Below are positions 36,201-48,200 of a stretch of 64,000 bases of DNA, one piece after another. Both the position numbers and the translations under genes were made by a program. Below the pieces are notes generated by a model, which was not told where the DNA came from, made no database searches, and saw nothing but the letters and a program-made list of their open reading frames with translations. The stretch covers positions 96,001 through 160,000 of the forward strand of contig CAXBMO010000014.1 in the NCBI GenBank assembly GCA_963977015.1, in the 5' to 3' direction. This DNA comes from an uncultured bacterium (GTDB lineage: Bacteria; Verrucomicrobiota; Verrucomicrobiia; Verrucomicrobiales; DEV007). Position 1 is the first letter of the stretch; each line of letters begins with the position of its first letter.

Positions 36201-39200
36201 CGCGGGTGCGGTCGTTGTGGGGGACGGCGGGGGCAACTTCGACATTGGGCGGAGCACCAACGCGACCACCTTGGGAACGGTTGATTTCAGCAACGCGGAT
36301 TCGGTTACGATCGACGTCACCAATGTCCGGCACGGCACCAATGGCTTGGGGAGCAACACTTCCGAAGGCGATTTGACCCTGTCGGCAGCCGGGGGCAACT
36401 CGGTGACCGCTACGAGTTACATGATGGGCTTCACCGAAGGAGGCGGCAACCAATCGGTGGTTAGCGAACTTCATCTCGGCGGTGGCGCCAACGATTTCAA
36501 CGTCGACACCTTCACGGTGGGTGGGCGCAAGAGTTCGGCCTCGATCGACATCGTGGCCGGGGGCGTCCTCACCTTGAGCGGAGACGCCAACGTGGCAGCT
36601 GATCTGCTCATCGGCTATAACGACAGCACGGGAACGGGGACGGCTCCGGCCAGCACGGTCGACCTTACCGGAGGTACCTTCAATGCAACTTTGGATAGGC
36701 TGACCATCGGCTTGCACGGCGGCGGGGCGGGGAGTGGAGACGGAACATTGATCTTTGAGGCAGGGACCGTGACGGCAAATTCCGTGATCCTGGCGGACGC
36801 CGACGCAGGCGGATCGTCCTCCAATGATGCCAACACGGACGGCACGCTCGAGTTGCTCGGCGGTTTATTGGACGTGCAGGGCGGCTCCATCACCGACGGC
36901 GGAGGCTCCGATGTGTTCACCTTCACCGGCGGCACGCTGCGAGATGTTTTGTCGACCAACTTCGCGCTCGTCCAGAACGGCTCAGGCAGCCTGCTCGACA
37001 TCGGTGCGGAGGACGCGGCGGGCACCACGACGATCGGCGGCGACTACACGCTGACTGCGGGCGCGGTCCACTTCGACCTGCTGGGCCTGGGTGGTCCCGG
37101 GGCGGTCGACGGTCATGATCAATTGATCGTCAACGGCGCGGTAAACCTGAACATCACCGATGCGAACATCACCTTTGACCTAAGCGGCTACGCCCCGGCT
37201 TTGGGCGATCCGGACATCGTGCTGATTTTGAACGACACTGGCAGTCCGGGCGACGCGGTCGCCGGTTTTTTTGCGAATCACCCGGATGCCGACGGAGCGG
37301 GTGCGGGCACCGTCAGCGAAGCCTTCAACCTCAACGACGGGACGAACGACTACGTGTTCCGCATCAACTACGCGGGTGGAGACGGCAACGACGTGGTGCT
37401 GGAAAGCTTTGGCGTGGCCGAGACAGAGGTATCGCTGGACGGCGTCGGCAACCTGGTGATCACCGACATCAATGGCGGATTGTCGCTGGACGACCTGACG
37501 ATTCAAGCGGACACGGCCAACAGCCGTTACGTGATTTCTGATCCCAACCTGGCGATCACCACCACGCCAGGCGGCGGACGTTCACCGGTTCCCAATATCG
37601 TAAGGGTTGACGGCAACACGGTTTACGTGCCGTTTGCCAGCGTTACCGGTTCCCAGATCATCGTCAACAGCCTGGGCGGAGCCGATTCGCTCACGCTCGA
37701 CACTCTGGAGGATTTTGTGGATACGGTGGACTATCAGGCGGGAGATCCCACGGCGGCGCCGGGCGATTCGTTGACGATTGATAGTTCCACCTTTGGTACC
37801 GTGACCCATAATCTGACGGGACCCGATGCCGGAAATCTGGAAATTGGCACCCTCGCCGGGGCCGAAGTGACCTACACCGGCCTGGAGCCGGTCGACATGA
37901 CCGGCAGCACGGCGACGGAATACGTGTTCAACCTGCCAACGAGTGGGGATCAGGCTCAACTCAGCGATATTGGCGGGGGCAACCTGCGTTTGGAGAGCTT
38001 GAACGCGAGCTTCGAGACGACTGATTTCGCGACGCCGAGCGGTTCGATTACGATCAACGGGGCGGCGGGCGACTCCTTGGCATTGTCCACCGCGATCGAC
38101 CTGAGCGCGACCAACACCGCGCTGGTCTTCAATGTTCCCACCATCAACCTGAACGGTACGCAGGTATCCAACGGGACGGCGGACCAGACCTACAACGGCA
38201 GTGTGACCTTCGGGGCGAGCCAGACGCTGGACGCCGCCAACATCACCTTTCAAAACGGCACCACCACGTTCGACGGAGTCAACGTGACCATCGACGTGAC
38301 CGGCGCTGCCACGAGCGATGCTGGCAATCACCTCGACTTCCAGGATGGCGATCTGATCCTGGCGAATGGCAGCAGCTTCGTTAGCAACGGGACCGCGGAG
38401 TATCGGTTAGGCACCGGATTCTTCGAGTTCCGCGGCACGGGGACGTTTACCAACAACGGCACCTTCAACCACAGCGCTGCTGGAAACAGTGATAACCTGG
38501 AATTGTTCGACAGCTTCACCTTTCAGAACAACGGCACTTACGACTTTCAGGAACGGGGCGACATCCGGTTGAGGGGAACGTCCACCTTCAACAATGCTGG
38601 TCTGGTCGTCAAATCTGTGGCTGGAACCGACCAGTCCTTCATCTTCGGCTTATCCACGGACGGAGACAATGGCACCTTCCACAACCTCGCGGCTGGTGAA
38701 GTGCGCGGCAATGCCGGCACCCTCAACATCGCGACCGGTGGCGGCGGGGCGAACAACAGCAATATCAGTGATGCCCTTTCCACTTGGACTGCCGACGGCG
38801 GCAACGTGCAGCTCAGCGGGTTCAACTCTTGGGAAGGAACGTTCAACGGTTCTGCCTCGGGTTCGAGCTACATCACGATCGAGGACAACGCCAGTGCTGC
38901 CGGAGCTGACGATTTCGAGGTTGGCGCTGCGGGTGTAACCTTCAACATCACCGGAAACGGAGTTCTGTGGAGCGATGACGACATCGATACCAACGGCAAC
39001 ACCGTGACCAACCTGGGCGTGCTGACTGTGGTCGCCGGTGAAACCAAGGAGTTGAAAGGCGGCGGCGAACTCGTCACCGGCAACGGCGGTACGACCACGC
39101 TCGCAAGCACGGTGACTTCGGTTGGCGGATCGACCTTCCGGGTTCTGGCGGGTGGCCTGCTCGAGGGCAGCGGCGCCTTCACCGGCGCGATTCTCTCCGA

Positions 39201-42200
39201 GGGGGGCAACGTGGCTCCGGGAATTTCAACCGGGGACGTCACCGATGACCTCGGTTCTGGCAATTTAACCTTGGACAGTGCCACGACCTTCACGGTGGAA
39301 CTGGGAGGAACCACCGAGAACACGGATTACGACCAGGTGGACGTGACCGGAGCGGTGAATATCAATTCGAATGCAAACGCGGCAGGCGGCGCGTTGCTGG
39401 ATCTTTCGCTGGTCGGCGGATTCGCCCCGACGGCTGGGAACACCTTTACGATCGTCAACAACGACGACGTAGACGGCATCACCACCACATTCCAAACGAT
39501 GGACGACGACCGTGGGTTGGTCGAGTTGACCGAGGGCAGCGCGTTTACCGCGGACGGCCACGTGTTCACCATCACCTACTTGGGCGGCACAGGAAACGAC
39601 GTGGTTTTGACCGCAGCGGGTGAGGCCGAAACGCGGGTTAAGATCGACGGGGGTAATCTGGTGGTCGAGGACATCAACAACGAGTCTCCCGACAATTTGG
39701 AAATTTCGGTGCAGAACATCAGCGGCACTGACTACTTTGTGATCAAGGACGTCAACGCCACTCCGTTGACTTTGACGACGACGATCGGGACCGGCGACGC
39801 CAATCGGATCAGCGCCAGCGAGATTCATGTGCGCGTTGATGCGGTGACTGCGGGTCTGGAAGTCAACACGGCCAATCCGACGGTGGGCGGCGCTGCCGAC
39901 GCGGTTACCCTCGATCTTAGCGCGCTCCCTGCTCCGGGCAGCCTGAACGGCGCTGTCGACATCGAGGCGGAGACGATCAACCTGAATTCGGGCATCGACA
40001 GCAACGCCAGCAACCAGACCTACGACGGAGCGGTGATCCTGGGCACGGATGTCACTCTGAATGGAGGCAGTGTGACCTTTACCGAGACGGTCGATTCTGA
40101 TGCGACTCCGAGAGCGTTGGTGGTCAACACGAGCGGTGGCGGGGTCACAACGTTCGGAGACTTGGTAGGCGAAACCTCCGCCCTGGCCTCGGTCACGACC
40201 AACGCGGACGGAACGCTTTTCCTCGGCGAAAACGTCACCACAGCTGGCGACCAGACCTACAACGAGGCTACCGCGACCTTGACGGGCGCGGTGACGATGG
40301 CCGGGGTGAACATCACCCTGGGATCGGCGTTCTCCAATGCTGGGAACGGATTGGGGGTCGATGCCGAAACGATCGAGGTCTTGAACGGTATCGACGGTCA
40401 GGGCGGCTTGATTCGTTTGAACGCCAGTTCGACGACCGGGGTTGGAGTCCACATCCACACCGGGGCGGCGGTGACAACGTCTGGCGGCGGGACGATTTCC
40501 TTAACCGGAACCGGAGGCGGAGTTGGGAACCAGGGCGTTTTGATTGAGGCCGATGTGACGACGGAAAAGGGCAATCTTTCGATCACCGGATCTTCCAGTG
40601 GAGACGACGGGGTGGCGATCGTGGGCGCGACGGTTTCGACGACCGGTCAGGGGATAATTCGGATTTCCGGCAGTGGCGGGGACGGAAGCAGCACGTTTGC
40701 CGTCGACATCGACGGCGCGTCCGAAATTTCCACGGCGGACGGGACCATCTTTGTGGGAACGACGGCTGGCAGCGCCAGGATCGGTGGGAGCGTGGATTCC
40801 GGGGCGCATGCGCTCACCTTCGACAGCGCGGAGGACCTGAATCTCATCGACACCACAATTGTCGGCGGAATCATCGACCTTGAGGCGGACAACGACGTGA
40901 ACATGACGTCCGCGACGAATATTACCGGTCCGGATGCGGCTCTCGGGAACGTGGCCATCCTCTCGCAGAATTTCGAGACGTTCCCCAACAACACTATTGA
41001 GTTGATCGAAGGTTGGCAGAACCAGTGGCTTCCCTACGAATCGATGGATTTCGTTTCGGATCGGAGTGGTACCCCAAGTGGCGGCACCGGGCCGAGTGGA
41101 GATCACACGACGGGGTCGGGGTATTATCTCTTCCTTGAGACATCCGGAACGGTAGCTGATGGAGAATATGCCAATCTTCTTTCGCCGGTAGTCGATTTGT
41201 CGGCTGAAACCGGTTCCCGCGTCGAGTTTTACTATCACATGTTTGGCATTGAGATGGGTGACCTCAATGTGGAAGGGACTTCCGACGGGGGCGCTACGTG
41301 GACGAACGTGTTTTCGGTGTCTGGAGATCAGGGCAACCAGTGGAATCAGGCCGATGTTGATCTCTCGACATTTGATGGGCAATCTCAAGTCCAGTTGCGC
41401 ATCACAGGCACCAAGGGAACGGGCTACCGTGGCGATATGGCCGTGGACGATTTTCGCTTCTATGCAAACAGCGGTGACCTTTTGGTAGAGAATTTTGACT
41501 CATTCGGACAGGGCCCAACCGGTAACCCGAGACCACAGCAAGTATTGCCGGCCGTTTCAGAATGGACCAATGTTCCCAGCACAATCGATTGGAGAACCAT
41601 TCGCGACAATACGCCCAGTGGCGGCACTGGAGCCAGCGACGACCATACCTTGGGCACCTCCAGCGGTACGTATTTGTTCATCGAGACATCTGATCCCGTT
41701 CTGGAGGGCCAAACTGCCAGGTTGCTTTCCCCGACCATCGATCTGAGCCAGCATTCCACGGCGAGCGTGGAGTTCTGGTTTCACATGTGGAGCAATGCGA
41801 ATCCGGATGAAATGGGCGAATTGAATGTCTATGGCAGCTCCGACGGGGGAACGAATTGGGATCTCTTGAATTCCGTCTCCGGCAACCAGGGAAATGCCTG
41901 GCATCAGGCTTCCATCAACCTGGATGCCTATGCAGGAAGTTCGCAGTTTGTTCTCCGGGTTGACGGGGTTGCCGGCGCCGTCAATGCCTTGGCGGCCACC
42001 AGTTCTGGTTATCGTAGCGACATCTCGCTGGATGATTTCCGGTTCTTTGGCGATCCGGTTGCGAATACGAACATTTCCATCACGGCCGATGCAAATGGGG
42101 ACGCGAACGGATCGGGTGGTGCGATCAGCATGGCGGACGGTGCCGAAATTGATGCAGGCTCGGGCACGGTCACCCTCAGCGCAGACGAGGACATCACCGT

Positions 42201-45200
42201 TTCCAACATCGCCACGACCTCGACGATCACAGCTACCTCGACGAGCGGTGCGATTCTCGACGCCGGCGATTCCGGCACAGACCTGGTGGCCAGCGCTCTG
42301 GTGGCGAGGTCCGCCACCGGGGTGGGTACTGCGGCCAATAGTCTGGATGTCTCACTGAACAACCTGGAGGCTGATGGTGGAAGCGGTGGGGTTTTCTTGT
42401 CCAATACCGGCGATCTGGTGCTGGGCGACGCAGGCGCGGGGCTGGGAATTATTACGGATGGAACGGTAACCATTGAAACCACGAACGATCTCACTTTGGC
42501 GGCCAATAGCGTGGTTAGCGGAAGTCGCGTCAGTTTGTTGGCAGACAACGACGTGAACTTCCTGTCCGGTTCTCAAATTTTCGGCCCGACACAGGTGACG
42601 ATCTTGCAGGAGACCTTCGATACGTTTAGCGAAGGAAGCGAGACTCCCGGCGCGACCAATATCCTGCTGGGCAATGGTTGGACGAACGTCCAGGGAACGG
42701 ACCAGATCGACTGGTCGCCGGACGCGGGAGGAACGCCAAGTGGAAACACCGGTCCATCGGCGGATCACACTACCGGCAATGCGACTGGGAGATTCCTCTA
42801 CACTGAAACTTCCGATCCGGTGCAAACCGGCGACACGGCGATTCTGCTTTCGCCGGTCCAGGATCTGAGCGGGTTGGAGAGTGCCAGCCTGGAGTTCTAC
42901 TACCACATGTGGGGCGACCATATGGGAACGCTGGAGGTTTCCGCCAGCACGGACGGCGGGGCCACGTTTTCCGCGCCATTGTTTTCGACGACTGATGACC
43001 TGAACGCGTGGCAGAAGGCCACCGTCGACCTGACGCCCTTTGTGGGCAGCGCGAATTTTGTGCTGCGGGTGGACGGGATCGCCGGCGCGGTCAGCCCTTC
43101 CGGATCTGCTGGCTACCAGAGCGACATGGCGATCGACGACTTCACGATCACCGGAGTGCCTGCCATTGACGTCACGGTGACTGCAGATGCGGACGGCGAC
43201 GCCAACGGTTCGGGCGGCGCGATCGATATGGCCGACGGCTCCTCGATTGTCATCGTGGCCGGATCGGTCGCCTTGAATGCTGATGGAAATGTCACCGTAA
43301 ACAGCATTGCAACTACGGGCGACGTCACCATCACGTCCGGGAACGGAGAAATCCGGGATCGCGGTCAAACTCCGGACATCACCGGCGGAACGGTAACGTT
43401 CAACGGCAACGTGACCCCCGGCCTGTCAGCCTTGGGCAATCTTGAGGTCGCAGGAGATCTCGACTTGGCCAGCGACGACGTGCTCAGCCTGGAGTTGAAC
43501 GGAACCACGGCAGGCACGGAACACGACCAGGTGGTGGTGACGGGAGCCGTCAGCCTGGGCGATGCCTTGCTCGACCTGAACTTCGGGTTCGTCCCGACGA
43601 CCGGCGCAACGTTCACCATTGTCGACAACGACGGAACCGATGCTGTAACCGGTATCTTCCAGACTACCGATGACGATCGCGGTCAGGTTGATCTTCCTGA
43701 GGGAAGTGCCTTCACCCGTGGTGGCCAGGTCTACACGATCACCTACCAGGGCGGGACGGGGAACGATGTGGTGCTGACTACGTTTGGGGAGGCGGAAACG
43801 GAGGTTCGGATCGACGGGAGCGGCAACCTCGTGATCGACGACATCAACAACGAATCAGCCGACCAGATCGACATTTCGGTTCAGAACGTGGGAGGTACGG
43901 ATTACTTTGTGATTCGCGACGTCAACGCCACACCCGTGACTTTGACGACGCCAATCGGGGCCGGGGACGCCAACCGGGTCAGCGCCAGCGAAATCCATGT
44001 TCGGGTTGGTGCCGTGACCGGCGGTTTGGAAGTCAATACAGCCAATCCGACCCGCGCAGGTGCCGTCGATGTAATTACCGTCAACCTCAGCGGGTTGCCG
44101 GGCAGCCTGAATGGCGACGTCACCCTGAACGCGGAGACAATCGAGGTGAACTCGGACATCGACAACACGGGAATGCAGATCTTCAATGGAGCAGTGTTCC
44201 TGGGTGCGGATGTAACCTTGACTGCGACGGGCGACATCGACTTCAAGAGCACCGTCGACTCCGACGCCAGCGCCCGCAGCCTGACCACCAGCGTGGGCGG
44301 CACTCTGACTTTCCGCAACCACGTCGGCGCAAATTCGCAACTCAGCGCGCTGGATACCGGCACGACTGGCACGACCCACATCATCGGGAGCACCATTCTC
44401 GACAACTTGGCGACCGGCGACGGGCTAATCTTTAACTTCGACGCCTCCTTCGATCCCAACACCGGGGACAACCTCGTTCCGGATCTGGCGGGGGCCATTG
44501 GGAACTCCGGCGCGACGGTGAGCGGGCAGCCGTTCTTTCTTCTCATCGACGACAATCCAGCGGTTGGCTTTGCGAGCAACCCATCCGCCGGGTTCGCCGG
44601 GATTACCGGAGCCTACGTATTGCCCGGAGCAACCGGGGACACGGCGGACAACCAGCGCGGCGAAGCGGGATTGGAATTGCAAACCGGCGGAGTCGATGAG
44701 GCACCGCAGGATGTCGATAACGGAGCGCTGGGCGTTTCTGATGTGGACGCCAGCGACGCGACCTTTGAATTCTGGATCAAGCCCACCGATTTGACCGGCA
44801 ACGAAGTCATCTGGGAAACCGGTGGTGGCACGGGAACGGGATTCGCTTTGGAGGACAACCTGTTGGCCTTCCAGGTTATCGGTGGCAGCAACAATGCCCG
44901 GGTAGCCTACGACCTCAGCGGAGATCCCAACGGAATCTTCGGCGTCGGCGCGGCGACCGACGATTTCATCCAGGTGATCGGAACGATCGACGTGTCCGCG
45001 AATTCGATCGAATTGTTCGTCAACGGAACCTCAGTCGGGAGTGCGGTGAAGCCCTCGGCATTTACAGATTGGGATGGCGGCGATCCGTCCGGACTCGGCA
45101 CCGTCGGCGGCGCCAATATGGGCGGCTACGGCGGCGGTTCCCAGAACTTCCGGCCTTTCGATGGCCAAATCGCGGCTTTCCGGCTTTACAGTGGGGTTCT

Positions 45201-48200
45201 TACCAGCGGAGTCGGCGGCCAGATCGAGAACAATTTCAACGTGGTCCAGCAAGGTGGTCAGACCGAGATTTCGCTGAGGACGACGGGCGACCAGACCTTT
45301 GGCAATACCCTGTCGCTTGGAATCGCCACGGTGGTGGAAGGTAACAACGTGACCTTCGATGGAACGATTGACGCCGATCCGGCTTCCGCGGCGCTTGGCG
45401 CACTCACTGTGAACACGACCGGCGGTGGAGTGACCGATTTCAACGGCGTGGTTGGCGGCACGACCGCGCTCGGCGGTCTGACGACCAACGCGGACGGAAC
45501 CACCACGCTCGACACCAATTCGGTCATCGCTTCCGGCGCGATCAGCTTGAACGACGACACTACCGCGAGTGGGGACATCGCCATCGACGGCGCGGTGGTC
45601 ACCTTCGGCGCGACCAGCACGTTCAATGGAGCGGCGACGGTATCGTCTTCGGGCAACGTCACCTTCGACGGCGTCACTACGTTTAACGACGCGGGAACGG
45701 TGGATGCGGGCAACGCCACCTTTAACGCGGCAGCGAACTTCCTCGGCGGGGTTGCCGACGTTAATGCGAGCGGAAACGCAGATTTCAACGACACGCTGAC
45801 CTTTGGCGACACGGCCACGATCGATGCGGGCAGCGACGCCACGTTTGACGGCGTGGTGACCTTGGGCGGCACCACTACGGTGACGGCGACCAATATCAGC
45901 GTCGCCACGGCCGCGACGATCGACTCTGATCTCGGCAACAATCACGATCTGACGCTGAACGCTTCCGGAACCACGGATTTGGACAGCGAAATCGGCGGAA
46001 TCCAGGCGCTGGGATCGCTGACAACGGATCGTTCCGGCCAAACCCAGCTCGACGCGAATGTGACCGTGGTCGGAGCGGGCGGAATCACCTTCGGCGACAG
46101 CTTGGTGCTGACCAATGACGTGGTTCTGAATTCGAGCGATGTCGGTGGCGATGTGATATTTGTCTCCACCGTGGACGGCGCATTTGCATTGGCGGTGAAC
46201 ACACCGGGTAGCGCCGCTACCTTCTTCCAGGCCGATGTCGGTGGCTCCACGGCCCTGACCTCGCTCACGACCGACGGCAATGGTATTGCCAAGCTCGGTG
46301 GATTGTCTCCGGTGCCAAGTGGCACCTTGCTGCTGAACTACGACGCGGACAGCGAGACCGTCCTGACCGGTCAAACTTGGGAGAGCACGCCGGATGTTTC
46401 GGGGCAGGAATGGAACTTTGGCGGAGCATTCGGCACGGGAGTGACTTTGGTGGTGTCTAACAGCGCACACACCGGCATCCTCAACGCCTACCATTTTGAC
46501 GGCAGCGCGGGGGTCACCAACCCGGGTCTCGACGATCTGCCGACCGACCCAACGACTGCGGACGCAACCTTCGAGTTCTGGTTCCGTCCCGAAGCGGGGA
46601 CCGATATCGACATGATTTACGAAACCGGCGGCGGAGGCGACGGCATGTCGATCGTCTACGACGGCAACACCAACGAGGTGATTGTGACGATCGACGACGG
46701 CAACGTGCAGCAGCAGGTCCGCGGTGGGTCTGCGCTTATCACCAACACCGAGTTCCACCAGATTGCGGCGGTTTACAATCGGGACGGCCTGGGCGGCGGC
46801 GTCGATCTGTTGCAACTCTACATCGACGGGCAACTGGTCGATGATACCGACCCGTCCAATCTCTTCGACGCGACGTCAGTGACGGCGACGACTGGCGCGG
46901 CGGGAACGGACGAGATCACCCTGAATTCGACCACGACTTCGGCCCAGATCACGGTGGAATACGTGGATGGAGGCGCTGGCGCCACGTTGGCGGTCGCCGA
47001 ATCCAACAACACCGTCACCGTGACCTTTGAAGCCGGCGTGACCACGGCGGATCAAGTCGTGGCGTTGATCAATGCCGAGAACGGCGGATCGGGTGTGGCC
47101 TTGACGGCGGGAGGATTCCTCACGGCATCGGGTGTCGACACCGGATTTCTTGCGGCCCAGGCCGGAGTGGCGTTGCGCGACCCGGTCGACACGGCTCAAA
47201 CGACCACAGGACTTGATGACTGGGCAGGTACGGACGACGCTTCACTAGCGCTGGGCGGAGCAAACGTGGCCGACGCCACGCCCGCGAACACCAACTTTGA
47301 AGGCGATATCGCCAAATTCCGCTTCTACGGCAACGCGATCGGCGCGGCGGGGATTCAGGCAAACTACGTAGCGGTGACTGCCAACACCATGGACGTCATC
47401 ACGACCGGCGACCAGCTTTACGGCGGGGCGGTCCAGTTGCAGAACCACACGGTCCTGACCGGCAACAACGTGACCTTGAGCGGCACGGTGGATTCCTGCG
47501 ACGCGGATCATGATCTGGACTTGACGGTGAACACGACCGGCGGCGGGGTGACCACGTTTGGTGGCGATGTCGGCGGAAACTTCGAGCTGGGCAACCTGAC
47601 CACCAACGCCGACGGCCACACCGTGGTTGCGGCGAACATCACGGCCAACGGCGCCAGCGGTGGCGATATCCGCTTCGGCGATGCGGTTCTGCTAGGCGCG
47701 GACACGACTATGACCCAGAACGGAGACACGACGTCCCGGGTGCTTTTCCTAAGCACCGTCGATGCGGTGGACGGCGTTTCGGCGAATCTCACCGTCAATA
47801 CGCCCAACGGAGCCGTGACGCAATTTGGCGGAAATGTCGGCTCGGACGCATTGGGCGCGCTTTCGAACGATTCGGGCTTGGCGAGCATCACGACAGACGC
47901 GGCCGGGACCACGCTTTTTGAAGTGGGCGGAGCGATCAAGAACGGGGCTACTTTCAACTACGATGCCGCGGCCGTTTCGAACGACGGTTCTCCGGCCGTC
48001 TGGGAAAGCGGAGGTGACCCCGCCTACAACGCGACGATTTCCAATTTGGGAACGGACGTGACTCTCGAAGATGTTTCCGGATCCACCGCGAGACCCGGTA
48101 TCACCCATGCTTATCGATTCAACGATAATGGCGTCACCACGAACGGAACCGGCGCCACGCTGTTGGATTTGGATCCGTTCAGCACAGCGGATGCGACGTT

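Noticed and set aside
41428-41436. RGD tripeptide as an integrin-binding motif
   Set aside because: It is part of the MAM C-terminal strand (YRGDMAVDD); paralogs have RSD/QSD, and chance occurrence is expected in 12.5k aa.
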